Source of the DNA: Streptosporangiaceae bacterium
GTDB taxonomy: Bacteria; Actinomycetota; Actinomycetes; Streptosporangiales; Streptosporangiaceae
NCBI GenBank assembly: GCA_035716545.1
Contig: DASTJM010000047.1
Coordinates: 2,868 to 66,867, forward strand
DNA length: 64,000 bases
Direction of reading: 5' to 3'
The first letter of the stretch is position 1; every line of letters begins with the position of its first letter. The notes below the pieces were generated by a model. That model had not been told where the DNA came from. It saw nothing but the letters and a program-made list of their open reading frames with translations, and made no database searches. A program made the position numbers and the translations under genes. Positions 36,826 through 46,249 of the stretch are shown here, one piece after another.

Positions 36826-39800
36826 ATGTCGCAAGTGCCTGGCTCTGCCAGCCGCCGGTCGAGGCTGATCGAAGCCGCTCAGGAGAGCTGGGTGGCCGCG
36901 CTGACCGATCTCGGCGGCCGTAACACGCTGCTTTATTTCAAGGACAGGCGGTCAGGCACACTCGACCTCGCCGCCGCCGATCCGGCCGCCGTTGAGCAAT
37001 TCGTCCACTCCGGCTCGATCCGGCTGACCAAGCTGTTCCGTGACGTCGATGCCAGGGCCGATGCGATCCGCAGGGTCCAGGTCATCTACCGCAAGGCAAG
37101 GGAACTACTCGAAGAGCGCGGCATCCGGGCCGGTTACCTCGCGACCGGCATGGCCAGGTGGGACGAGCTGTTCTTGCTGCCTGCCGCGCCGGTGCTGCTC
37201 CGCGGCCTGACGATCATGCCAACCAGGGCGAGACATGACGATTTCGAGCTGGTACTCGACGACGACTACGAAGTGAACCCGGTACTGCTGCACAAGCTTT
37301 CAAGCGTGTATGGTGCCGCCACCGACAAGCTCGCCGAGGAGCGCGGAGAACGGCTCTGCCAGTTGCTGCGCCGGGCAGCGAACGCCGCCGAAGTGCCCGG
37401 CTTCGACGTCACCGACCGCCTGGTGATCGGCACCTTTACTTACGCCAAGCTGCCGATGGTACGGGACGTGCAATCGGGCGGGGCGCTGCTCAATGACAGC
37501 GACGTCGTGGCCGCGATCGCGGGCGACCCAGACGCGCAGGAGTTGCTCGCCGCAACCGATGACGAGACCGCCGAGGCATCGTCCATGCTGGACTCGCCGG
37601 CATCGGACTACTCGGTGCTCGACGCCGACTCGTCGCAGCGAAGCGCGATCGCGGCGGTGTTGTCCGGCCATAGCCTCGTGATCCATGGCCCGCCCGGGAC
37701 CGGGAAAAGCCAGACAATCGCCAACCTCATCGCCGGACTCGTGGCTCGCGGCAGGAAGGTGCTCTTCGTCGCCGAGAAACGGGCGGCGATCGATGCGGTG
37801 CTCTCCCGGCTCAAGGGCGTTGACCTTGGCGAGCTAGTCCTGGATATCCACGAGGGCACCAGGGACCGGCAGCGGATCGCTCGCGACCTAGGCGAGAGCC
37901 TGGATCTGGCGCACCAGACTGGCGCCCCCGATGACGACAGCCTGCGCAGGCGGCTCGCCGACCGGCAGCGGCGACTCGCGGACCACGTCAAAGCCATGCA
38001 CGAGGCGCATCCGCCATGGGGGCTGACACCTTTCCAGGTGCAGTCCGCCCTGCTCGGCATTCCGGAAGCGGCAAGGAACCCTGTGCGGCTGGCCGCGCCT
38101 GAGCGGATCACCGATACCGTAGCTGACGACCTGCGGGACGAACTGAAGGATTTCGCGCACCTTGGTGGGTTCTCCATGCGGCCAGGCACGAGCGCGTGGT
38201 TCGGCGCCAGCCTGCGCACGCCAGAAGATGCCAGGCAGGCGTGCAACCTGGCCGCACAGCTTAGCTCGCACGCGATGCCCAGGCTATTTGATCGCCAGGC
38301 CAGGTCGGCGGCGGCCGTTGGCCTGCGCGCGCCAGCTAGCTACGCCGGCGTGCTGGCGAGGATGCGACTCTACGCCGGGATCGGGCAGACGCTCCAGGTG
38401 CTCCGTCCCGAGGTGTACGCGGCGAACCCGCGGGCGCTGGCCGACGCCGTCGCCGGGACCGGGGACGCGTCCATGGGCGAACGCCGCCGGCTTCGGAAGG
38501 AAGCGAGGCAGTTGCTGCTGAGCGGCGACAAGTTGCCGCGCGAAGACCTCATGGCACTGCTGAATCAGGCCGAGCGCCAGCTCAGCGACTGGGAGAAGGA
38601 ACGGCTCAGCGCGGCGAGTGCCGGGGAAGCCGCCTTGCTGCCATCGGTGCCGGACGACTTCGGCGAGCTCACCGAGTTGCTAGCCGAGTGCACGCAGCGA
38701 CTCGATGCTCTCAGGTCCTATGTCACGCTGCGAGCTGACGACACCGTCGAGCAGCTGACGGCACTGGCTTCCGACCAGGAGACAGCCTGGAAGCTGCCGA
38801 GATTGTACGAGCTGGCCGCCAAGTTCGATCAGCTCGGCCTCGGCCCTCTGCTCGACGAGCTTGCCCGCAACGAGGCGAACGCCGAACTCGCGGTCGCGGC
38901 ATTCGACCATGCCTGGTACTCCTCCGTACTCGACCAGATCAGAGTCAGGGACCCAAGGTACGCAGCCGAACGCGGCAGTTCTCTCGACGACATCGCCAGC
39001 GACTTCAGGCAGCGCGATGTCGAGCACCTGATCTCGAACCGAAAGCGGGTCAGGCACGCCTGGGCGGAACGGGTACGCGAAGCCCAGGATCAGCATCCGC
39101 TGCAAGCGCGGGTGATACGCAAGCAGGCCGCGCTGCGCCGCGGCCATCTGCCGCTGAGGCGGCTGCTCGATCAGACGTCGGACGTGCTGTTCGCCCTGAA
39201 ACCTTGCTGGGCCATGTCACCGCTGATGGTGAGTCAGGTGCTGCCGGCCACCAGGCTTTTCGACGTGGTGATCTTCGACGAGGCCAGCCAGATCGTGCCT
39301 GCCGACGCCGTACCCGCGATCATGCGCGGGCACCAGATCGTTGTCGCGGGTGACGACCGGCAACTGCCGCCGACGAACTTTTTCCGTCAGGTCGGTGAGA
39401 TCGAGGGTGACGACGACGCCAGGCTGGACGTCAGCGGTCTGGACCAGTCCGGCGGCGAAGACCCCGACGATCTGCGTGACGATGACGACGAGAGCCTGGT
39501 GTCCTTCGGCGTCGGATTCGAGTCCGTGCTCGACGCGCTGAGGCCGCTGCTGCCGACCTGGCCGCTGGCCTGGCACTACCGCAGCAGGGACGAGCGGCTT
39601 GTCGCCTTCTCTAACAGCCGCATCTACGGCGGCGCCCTGACCACGTTCCCAGGGGTGTTCCGCGATGACTGCCTGCGGCACGTAGTAGTCGAGCAGACCC
39701 CCGGACCTGGCCAGGAGGTCTCGGTCACGGCCGAGGTCGAGAAGGTCGTCGAGCTGATACTTGAGCACGCCCGGACCAGGCCGCACGAGTCGCTCGGCGT

Positions 39801-40869
39801 GATCGCACTCGGCATCAAGCATGCCGACCGGATCGACTCAGCGCTGCGCGCGGCTCTCGTCCGCAACACCGACGTGGAGCGGTTCTTTAACGAGGACGCG
39901 GCCGAGCCATTCTTTGTCAAGAACCTGGAACGGGTGCAAGGAGACGAGCGGGACGCGATCATCTTGTCCATCGGCTACGGCAAGCACCCTGACGGCCGGA
40001 TGCGCTACAACTGGGGTCCGCTGCTGCGCGACGGCGGTGAACGCAGGCTGAACGTCGCCGCTACGCGCGCCAAGCAGCGGCTCACGCTAGTCAGCTCATT
40101 CTCCGGCCATGACGTGGACCCGGAACGGATCACCAAAGCCGGTGCGCGGATGCTCGCCGACTACCTTGACTACGCAGCTTCCGGCGGCTCGGTCTCTGTC
40201 GCGGCGGGCAGCGACACGGCGCTGAGCCCGTTCGAAGCTGACGTGCGCGACCGGCTGGCCGAGAGCGGCATTACCGTCGTACCGCAATACGGGGTCGGTG
40301 GTTACCGCGTCGACTTCGCTGCTACCCATCCGGAGGACACCGACAGGATGGTGCTCGCCATCGAGACTGACGGCGCCTCCTACCACCGGTCGGGCAGCGT
40401 CCGTGACCGCGACCGGCTGCGCGGCGAGCACTTGCGGCGGCTTGGCTGGAGTTTCCACCGGATCTGGTCAACCAACTGGTTCCACGATCCCGACTCCGAG
40501 GTCGCCAGGCTTCGAAGCGCCTACGATCGGGCCGTTGACGAAGCCGACACGACCGCACCGCCACCCATTCCAGAACCGCCAGCCGCACCGGCCGAGGCAG
40601 CCGTGCCGGCCCCGGCCCAGCCGGCCGGGCCAGCCATGCCGACCCCAGCCGAGCCGGCCGGACCAGCCATGCCGACCAGACCAGCCGGGCAGGCCGAAGC
40701 GTCTGCCGGGCCGGGGCAACCGCCGGCCGAGCCCGCCGAACCGGCCAGCCCGCCCGCCGCGCGGGCTGAGCTGGCCGGCCAGCAGATGGTCAAGGCACTC
40801 CCGTCCCCAGGTACCTCAGAGGTTGGCGAGGTCAGCAAGGAGCTGGCCCCAAGCGAGTTTCGAGGGTGA
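36826..40869 (+). CDS. DUF4011 / SF1 (Upf1/DNA2-like) helicase fused to a PD-(D/E)xK (DUF559/Vsr-like) nuclease domain
   Basis: N-terminal DUF4011 pattern (LTDLGGRNTLLYFKD). Helicase motifs: Walker A HGPPGTGKSQTI, IFDEASQI, VVAGDDRQLPPT, VQGDERDAIILS, RRLNVAATRAKQRL. C-terminal REase-like region YRVDFAATHPEDTDRMVLAIETDGASYH...LRRLGWSFHRIWSTNW, then a P/A-rich tail with a 33-bp direct repeat. Confidence 0.9.
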   Translation: MSQVPGSASRRSRLIEAAQESWVAALTDLGGRNTLLYFKDRRSGTLDLAAADPAAVEQFVHSGSIRLTKLFRDVDARADAIRRVQVIYRKARELLEERGIRAGYLATGMARWDELFLLPAAPVLLRGLTIMPTRARHDDFELVLDDDYEVNPVLLHKLSSVYGAATDKLAEERGERLCQLLRRAANAAEVPGFDVTDRLVIGTFTYAKLPMVRDVQSGGALLNDSDVVAAIAGDPDAQELLAATDDETAEASSMLDSPASDYSVLDADSSQRSAIAAVLSGHSLVIHGPPGTGKSQTIANLIAGLVARGRKVLFVAEKRAAIDAVLSRLKGVDLGELVLDIHEGTRDRQRIARDLGESLDLAHQTGAPDDDSLRRRLADRQRRLADHVKAMHEAHPPWGLTPFQVQSALLGIPEAARNPVRLAAPERITDTVADDLRDELKDFAHLGGFSMRPGTSAWFGASLRTPEDARQACNLAAQLSSHAMPRLFDRQARSAAAVGLRAPASYAGVLARMRLYAGIGQTLQVLRPEVYAANPRALADAVAGTGDASMGERRRLRKEARQLLLSGDKLPREDLMALLNQAERQLSDWEKERLSAASAGEAALLPSVPDDFGELTELLAECTQRLDALRSYVTLRADDTVEQLTALASDQETAWKLPRLYELAAKFDQLGLGPLLDELARNEANAELAVAAFDHAWYSSVLDQIRVRDPRYAAERGSSLDDIASDFRQRDVEHLISNRKRVRHAWAERVREAQDQHPLQARVIRKQAALRRGHLPLRRLLDQTSDVLFALKPCWAMSPLMVSQVLPATRLFDVVIFDEASQIVPADAVPAIMRGHQIVVAGDDRQLPPTNFFRQVGEIEGDDDARLDVSGLDQSGGEDPDDLRDDDDESLVSFGVGFESVLDALRPLLPTWPLAWHYRSRDERLVAFSNSRIYGGALTTFPGVFRDDCLRHVVVEQTPGPGQEVSVTAEVEKVVELILEHARTRPHESLGVIALGIKHADRIDSALRAALVRNTDVERFFNEDAAEPFFVKNLERVQGDERDAIILSIGYGKHPDGRMRYNWGPLLRDGGERRLNVAATRAKQRLTLVSSFSGHDVDPERITKAGARMLADYLDYAASGGSVSVAAGSDTALSPFEADVRDRLAESGITVVPQYGVGGYRVDFAATHPEDTDRMVLAIETDGASYHRSGSVRDRDRLRGEHLRRLGWSFHRIWSTNWFHDPDSEVARLRSAYDRAVDEADTTAPPPIPEPPAAPAEAAVPAPAQPAGPAMPTPAEPAGPAMPTRPAGQAEASAGPGQPPAEPAEPASPPAARAELAGQQMVKALPSPGTSEVGEVSKELAPSEFRG

Positions 40870-41550
40870 CTCCCCCGAGGCCTCCATCCATTCCTGAGCA
40901 AGCATCACGAACGCCTCGTCACAGTAGGTCGTAAGGAACTCCCAGGTCATCGGCTGGAGAGCACCCCAGGTGACACACCAGACGACGTTGGCGTCGTAAC
41001 CGCAGAGCGGCACGCAGTGCCCGCCCCAGCTGCCGGCCTTGGCATCCTTGCCGGTCGTCACGGTCCATTCCTTACCGACCTGGCCCTGTGCGGAGATCGG
41101 CAGCGCCAGGCCAATGTAGGCACCGCCGTACCAGGCAATTGCCTCGCAGACCTCGGCACGGTCGCGCGGATTCACCGCGGCGTAGGCGGTGATCTGGTGG
41201 TCGGCTATGCCGGTCGACTTCCAGTAGCCGCACGCCGTGAGGATGTCGGTCCCCTTGTCCGTGCTCGGGTCGTCCGGGTTGAAACCGGTGATTGCGGTGT
41301 AGGCGGCTACTGTCTGTGCATCCGTCGGCACGAACGGCGTGCCCGCGCGGTCGCCCCAGATCTGAAGCTGATGGGCGAAGCCGGCTTCGACGCAGTCGCC
41401 ATACTTGTCGTTGTCGAGCATCGTGAATGGCAGCCCATGCCCCCAGTGAGCCTGAGCCGGAGGCTTCTCCATCGTGTTGCGGTACTTGGCGTAGGCGAAG
41501 GTTCGCGGATCGTGGCGGGCTGGGTTCTTCCCCAGCTTGACATCTACCAT
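40816..41550 (-). CDS. hypothetical protein with papain-like Cys/His signature
   Basis: Start at ATG 41548-41550 (MVDVKLGKNPARHDPR). Candidate nucleophile in NDKYGDCVEAG and candidate His in SWGGHCVPLCGYD. The 3' end overlaps the helicase 3' end by 54 bp. Confidence 0.62.
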   Translation of the reverse strand: MVDVKLGKNPARHDPRTFAYAKYRNTMEKPPAQAHWGHGLPFTMLDNDKYGDCVEAGFAHQLQIWGDRAGTPFVPTDAQTVAAYTAITGFNPDDPSTDKGTDILTACGYWKSTGIADHQITAYAAVNPRDRAEVCEAIAWYGGAYIGLALPISAQGQVGKEWTVTTGKDAKAGSWGGHCVPLCGYDANVVWCVTWGALQPMTWEFLTTYCDEAFVMLAQEWMEASGESPSKLAWGQLLADLANL

Positions 41551-41943
41551 TTCTGGCACCTCCCGTATGACGGCGCAGCGGCGGCAGCCGTGATCCGGCC
41601 CCCGCCTCGCACATCTATTGTGCGGCGTCGTGCCGGCGTATTGGACCACGAACTCCGAAAAGCTGGCCAGTACCTCAAGAAAACTCGCCTGAGCTGAGCC
41701 AAAGCCGAAGAAAACGACCAATCAGCTGGGTCACTGCCCGTTTGGCTCGTCCAGAAGATGGTTGATGACTACAGTCCGGATGCCGGCATCGATTACGGCG
41801 AGCCTGATTCGGATGATCCGGTCCTGGCAGGATGGCCGATGTTCTCGGTGGCGCAGGACGGATCCTTGACTGCGGGCGCGGGGTCGCTCACCGGCCCGGC
41901 CGCCAGGTCGACGAGATACTCTGACCTGGGCGATAGCGGCGTG

Positions 41944-42723
41944 TCAGCTGGATTTGAAGATCACGGTTACCCGGTGGAAACCTAGCGAGCGCATCAGCCC
42001 GGTCAGCAGGCTCGTGGTGTTCTTCTCCGCTTCGGCGGTCAACTGGCTGTGCCTGGCCGCCGCCTGGATTTTTTGCTGGGCGAGTATGTACACCTGGCGC
42101 TGGCTGTTCGGGTTGCCGGAGAAAAAGTTGCCGATGCGGTTGAGCAGGCCCTGGTTCTCGGAGAAGACGTAGGAGCGCTTCACGTTCAGCACGGCGGGCT
42201 CAAGCTGGGCCGGCGGCAGCGTGATCGTCACGCCGGAGCGGTTCTTGGATACGACAATCGCCTTGCCTTTGAGGTCGCCGAAGTTAACGAACGCTATGTC
42301 GGACCCCGCTCCGACGAACAATGTGTCCGTTCCCTCGATGAACGACGGTATGAAGGAGCTCTTCCTGGCGATGTCGACAATTACCTGAAACGATCCGCTG
42401 GCCGCCTCATACCGGCTAAGCGCGGTGATTGACTTGAGCAACGCTGGCTGGCTCCGGTCGACTGTCGCCTCGGCGAATGGGTTGCGCAGCCGGGGCAGCA
42501 ACCGCACAGCCGAGAGCGCCAGCACGAGCAGCGCGACGGCGACGCCGATCGCGACTACGATCCCGGCGACCCTGGCCGCCGGCCGCGCGCCATTGCGAAC
42601 GGGCAAAGGCTGGCCAGCGCTCGCGCCCTGCTGAGCGTGCAGTGGTTGGGTGGTGCTCTCCGGTTGCGCTGATCGGCCTCGCCGCGTGGAACTCATCTGC
42701 TGCCTCCGAAAGACCGGTGTCAC
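41944..42723 (-). CDS. DUF4230-domain membrane-anchored protein
   Basis: An N-terminal TM (IVVAIGVAVALLVLALSAV) is followed by LLKSITALSRYEAASGSFQVIVDI...TLFVGAGSDIAFVNF, typical of DUF4230. Confidence 0.8.
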   Translation of the reverse strand: MTPVFRRQQMSSTRRGRSAQPESTTQPLHAQQGASAGQPLPVRNGARPAARVAGIVVAIGVAVALLVLALSAVRLLPRLRNPFAEATVDRSQPALLKSITALSRYEAASGSFQVIVDIARKSSFIPSFIEGTDTLFVGAGSDIAFVNFGDLKGKAIVVSKNRSGVTITLPPAQLEPAVLNVKRSYVFSENQGLLNRIGNFFSGNPNSQRQVYILAQQKIQAAARHSQLTAEAEKNTTSLLTGLMRSLGFHRVTVIFKSS

Positions 42724-42807
42724 GAGCAGTATGCGCGAGACGACCGACGCTGCCCCGCAGGGCGATTTGCAAACATTGGCCAGGGCACCTCAAGCTGGTA
42801 TCGTCGC

Positions 42808-42821
42808 TTACCGATAGGTAA
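42808..42821. promoter_or_regulatory. candidate TetR operator half-site pair (TTACC-GATA-GGTAA)
   Basis: A perfect 5-bp inverted repeat lies in the A/T-rich divergent intergenic region between the DUF4230 gene and the TetR gene. Confidence 0.25.
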
Positions 42822-42907
42822 CAAAATACTTACTAGAAAGTCAGTCGCTCTGCCACCGACGGCGAACTTGCCGAGCCAGCCGAACTAGCTCCCCGTGGAG
42901 GCGGCCA

Positions 42908-43495
42908 GTGCCCACGACTTCTGAGAGCAACGGCGGGACCCCTGCCCGGATACTCGACGCCGCGGAGCGGATCGTGCAGGTACGCGGCTTCAACGCCTTC
43001 AGCTACGGCGACATTGCCGACGAGCTCCGGATAACCACCGCCGCCCTGCACTACCACTTCCCGCGCAAGGCCGAACTCGGCAAGGCCCTTATCGCCAGGT
43101 ATTCGGCGCGGTTCGGCCAGCGGCTGCGGGCGCTCGACGCCCAGGGCGGGGCGGCGCGGGCCAAGCTCGACGGATATGTCGCGCTCTACGCCGACGTCCT
43201 GCGCCAGGGCCGGATGTGCATGTGCGGTGTGCTGGCGGCCGAGATCGGCACGCTGTCGGCCGGGATGCAGGACGCGGTGCGGGGCTTCTTCGACCAGAAT
43301 GAATCCTGGCTCGCCCGGGTGCTCGAGGAAGGCAGCGCCGAAGGATCGATGCGATTGCCCGGCCCGGTCACAGATGCCGCCAGGATGATCATCGCCGGCC
43401 TGGAGGGCGCGATGCTCCTGGCGATGACCTATGACGATGTCGAGCGCTTCACGACCGTAGCGGGCGAATTGCTTGCCAGCCTGTACCGGTCGTAG
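42908..43495 (+). CDS. TetR/AcrR-family transcriptional regulator
   Basis: HTH region ILDAAERIVQVRGFNAFSYGDIADELRITTAALHYHFPRK. GTG start at 42908. Confidence 0.9.
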   Translation: MPTTSESNGGTPARILDAAERIVQVRGFNAFSYGDIADELRITTAALHYHFPRKAELGKALIARYSARFGQRLRALDAQGGAARAKLDGYVALYADVLRQGRMCMCGVLAAEIGTLSAGMQDAVRGFFDQNESWLARVLEEGSAEGSMRLPGPVTDAARMIIAGLEGAMLLAMTYDDVERFTTVAGELLASLYRS

Positions 43496-43520
43496 CTGCG
43501 CCATCCCCGGCGGGCGTCAT

Positions 43521-43650
43521 CGCTTGGCATCACCGGCCGGCCCCCGCCGCTTGGCATCACTGGCCGGCCCCCGCCGCTGGGCATTCGGCCGGCCCCGCCG
43601 CTGGGCATCACCGGCCCGGCCTCACCGCCGGGCATCGGTGTCGGGCATCA
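43521..43650. repeat. ~27-bp tandem repeat (4-5 units) spanning the stop codon of the STAND regulator gene
   Basis: Units read cgcttggcatcaccggccggcccccgc, cgcttggcatcactggccggcccccgc, cgctgggcattcggccggccccgc, cgctgggcatcaccggcccggcctcac and so on. On the minus strand they encode ..PVMPS..-type peptides resembling the gene's own C-terminus, TVMPDTDARR. Confidence 0.7.
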
Positions 43651-46090
43651 CCGTCGGCTGCCCGAGCAGACCGCCCAGACCGGTGATCAGCCAGTGCTCG
43701 CCCAGCGCTGAGTAGAGTTCCGCAGCCTCGGTGGCACGGCGCTCGGCTTCCCGGCGGTTACCGGCCGCCAGGTGCGCCTGCGCCAGGTCGGCCAGCGCAA
43801 CCGCCCGCTCGTGCGGATCTCCGATCTCGCCGAACGTCCGGGCGGACTCAGTCAGCGCGGCGACGGCTTCGGCGTAACAGCCGGCGTGGCTGTAAGCCAG
43901 ACCGATACCCGCCTGGGCCCGGGCTGCCCCGCGACGATCCCCAAGTGAGCTGAATAGCTCATATGCCCTTGTCTGCGCCCCCATGGCCTGGTCCTGCTGC
44001 CCACTCAGCGAGTAGCCGTTGCCCAGGTTGGCAAGGCAGAGCGCCTGCCCGTACTGATCGTCTAGCTCTTCGAACAAGCCAAGCGCCAGCAGCCCGACCT
44101 CGATGCCGGCGGCGAAATCGCCCATGCCTTCTCGTGTGGTCGCCAGATTGCCGAGCGCCTTGGCCTGACCCTGCCGCCACCCGCAGGCGCGGAACAGTTC
44201 AAGTGCCTGCTCATATTCGGCGGCCGCCTCGGCATACCGCCGCATCGGGCGGTACGCGCTCCCCAGGTTGCACCGCACCTTTCCCTCGGCTTCGATGTCC
44301 CCGGCATTGTTCGCGGCCACGATCGCCGCGCGATGGGTGACGATCCAGTCGCCGTAATTCCTGCGCCGGTCGAAATAGGGAAACAGCGCGGTGGGCAGCT
44401 TCCAGCCAATCTCGTGCAGGCCGTTCTCCGCGGCTGACAAAGCCGTCGCCACAAGGTTGGCCCGCTCCAGATCGCACCAGGCGAGCGCAGCCGCCTCAGC
44501 CGCCTCAGCCGCATCAGCCGAATCGGCGGGTCCGGCGGGTCCGGCCGGGCCGGCGGGTCCGGCCGGTTCGCCGCCGAATTCCATCGGCGGCACGGGCAAG
44601 GCGACGCGGGCCGCGGCAAGCGGCGGCAGGTTCGGGTCAAGTGCCATCCGCGCCGCGCACGTGCTGGCCAGGTACCAGGCGGAGATCCGCAGCGCCGCGG
44701 CCGACTGGCCGGCGGCCGGTTCGCCGGCCAGGCATTCCCTGGCGAATAGCCGCAGCAGGTCATGCTGGCGGTAACGGTCACCGGCAACCAGGCCAGCCGG
44801 ACCATCCAGACCAGCCGGGCCGTCCAGACCACCTTGGCCAGCCGGACCAGCCGGGCCAACGGGGCCAACCGGGTCGGCCAGGTGCGCGTCGGCCAGCGCC
44901 GCCAGCAAGGTCGCGCAGTGCTCGCTATCGATGCCCGCAAGGGCGGCACACGCCGCTATCCCGATGTCCGGCCCGTCATGCAGGCCAAGCAGCCGGAACA
45001 GCCTGCGTTCCGGCTCGGAGAGCCCCGCATACGACCAGGCGAATACGGCGTGGATCGCGGCGGCCTCGTCATCGGCCACCGCGAGGTTCGCCAGCCGGCC
45101 CGAGGCCGCGCTGAGCGCTTCGACCGCGTCGCTGACAGCCCCGTCGCCGAGAACCACGCGCTCGGCCGCGATCCGGAGCGCGAGCGGGTGCAGGCCGCAA
45201 AGGCTGGCGAGGGCGGACGTGGCCCCGGGCTGCTCAGCGGACCGGGACCCGATCAGGCGCCGTAGCAGCCGTATCGCGTCGGGAACGTCGAGCGAGTCGA
45301 GCGCGATCCGCTGCGCGCCCTCCCTTACCGCGAGGCCAGCCAGCCTGGACCTGCTGGTGACCAGCACCCGGCAGCGCGACGAACCTGGCAGCAGCGGCCT
45401 CACCTGCTCGACATCGCGGACGTTGTCGAGCAGCACGAGCATCTGGCGGTCGGCCATCAACGTGCGGTAAAGACCCGATCGCTCGGCGGGTTCCACGGGT
45501 ATCTGGTCGGCGGCCACGCCGAGCGCGACGAGGAACTGGCCCATGGCCGCCTCGGCCGCGATCGGCCGCCCTGACGGGTGGTAACCCTGCATGTCAATGT
45601 AGAGCTCACCATCGCGGAAGCTGTCCCTGGCCAGATGAGCCCAGTGCACGGCAAGCGCCGTCTTGCCGATGCCGCCCATCCCGCTGACGGCGCTGATGAC
45701 CACCGGGGCACTGGCCTCCCGGTCGCGCAGCAGCCGGTCAAGCTGCGCGAGCTCAGCGGCCCTCCCGATGAACGATGCTGGCGCGGCCGGCAACTGCCGC
45801 GGGATCGCGCGGAAACGACTCGCGCTCTCCGCCTCGGCTCTCTCGGCGAGCGCCAGGTCCCGCATCGCCCGCAGCGCGCCATCGGTGATCCCGAACAACC
45901 GCTCGTAGGCTCTGATCACGGACTCAGTCGGGATCCTGCGGCCAGCTTCGTAGTCGACGATCGCGCTGTGCGAGCCCAGGTGCAGCGGCTTGCGCAGGTC
46001 CCGCTGTGCGAGCCCGCGACCGCGGCGCAGCCTGCGTAGTTCGGCGCCGAGTGCCTGGCCAGCCAGCTCGGACCTGCCCGTCACGGCCAT
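43622..46090 (-). CDS. XRE-HTH / NB-ARC (STAND) ATPase / TPR regulator
   Basis: HTH LRRLRRGRGLAQRDLRK...IVDYEAGRR. P-loop VISAVSGMGGIGKTALAVHWAH, then LVLLDNV. The C-terminal TPR array reads ..LGSAYRPMRRYAEAAAEYEQAL... Start taken at ATG 46088-46090; the track ORF extends to 46144. Confidence 0.85.
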   Translation of the reverse strand: MAVTGRSELAGQALGAELRRLRRGRGLAQRDLRKPLHLGSHSAIVDYEAGRRIPTESVIRAYERLFGITDGALRAMRDLALAERAEAESASRFRAIPRQLPAAPASFIGRAAELAQLDRLLRDREASAPVVISAVSGMGGIGKTALAVHWAHLARDSFRDGELYIDMQGYHPSGRPIAAEAAMGQFLVALGVAADQIPVEPAERSGLYRTLMADRQMLVLLDNVRDVEQVRPLLPGSSRCRVLVTSRSRLAGLAVREGAQRIALDSLDVPDAIRLLRRLIGSRSAEQPGATSALASLCGLHPLALRIAAERVVLGDGAVSDAVEALSAASGRLANLAVADDEAAAIHAVFAWSYAGLSEPERRLFRLLGLHDGPDIGIAACAALAGIDSEHCATLLAALADAHLADPVGPVGPAGPAGQGGLDGPAGLDGPAGLVAGDRYRQHDLLRLFARECLAGEPAAGQSAAALRISAWYLASTCAARMALDPNLPPLAAARVALPVPPMEFGGEPAGPAGPAGPAGPADSADAAEAAEAAALAWCDLERANLVATALSAAENGLHEIGWKLPTALFPYFDRRRNYGDWIVTHRAAIVAANNAGDIEAEGKVRCNLGSAYRPMRRYAEAAAEYEQALELFRACGWRQGQAKALGNLATTREGMGDFAAGIEVGLLALGLFEELDDQYGQALCLANLGNGYSLSGQQDQAMGAQTRAYELFSSLGDRRGAARAQAGIGLAYSHAGCYAEAVAALTESARTFGEIGDPHERAVALADLAQAHLAAGNRREAERRATEAAELYSALGEHWLITGLGGLLGQPTVMPDTDARR

Positions 46091-46249
46091 GGCGGTGTGT
46101 TCCGGATTCCTCTCGTCGGGCGGTCCGCATTGTGTTCGCAGCACTGTGATGGTCTGCGTTTGGTTCAGTTTTGGTCGCCCCTCTTATGTTCCGCACCATA
46201 CCGGTCGCACACTGACCGTCGCCAAGAGAAAACCACCAAAGGCGGCGAG

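Noticed and set aside
41758-41985. A 75-aa acidic ORF (MVDDYSPDAGIDYGEPDSDDP...).
   Set aside because: Third-position GC is only moderate. There is no RBS or domain. The 3' end overlaps the DUF4230 gene. This is not enough evidence to call a gene, though a small protein cannot be excluded.
43622-46090. The NB-ARC/TPR protein as an Avs-type antiviral STAND effector.
   Set aside because: Its N-terminal domain is an XRE-type HTH, not a nuclease, protease or other killing effector. This architecture matches actinobacterial transcriptional regulators. It is retained only as a possible regulator of the adjacent toxin locus.
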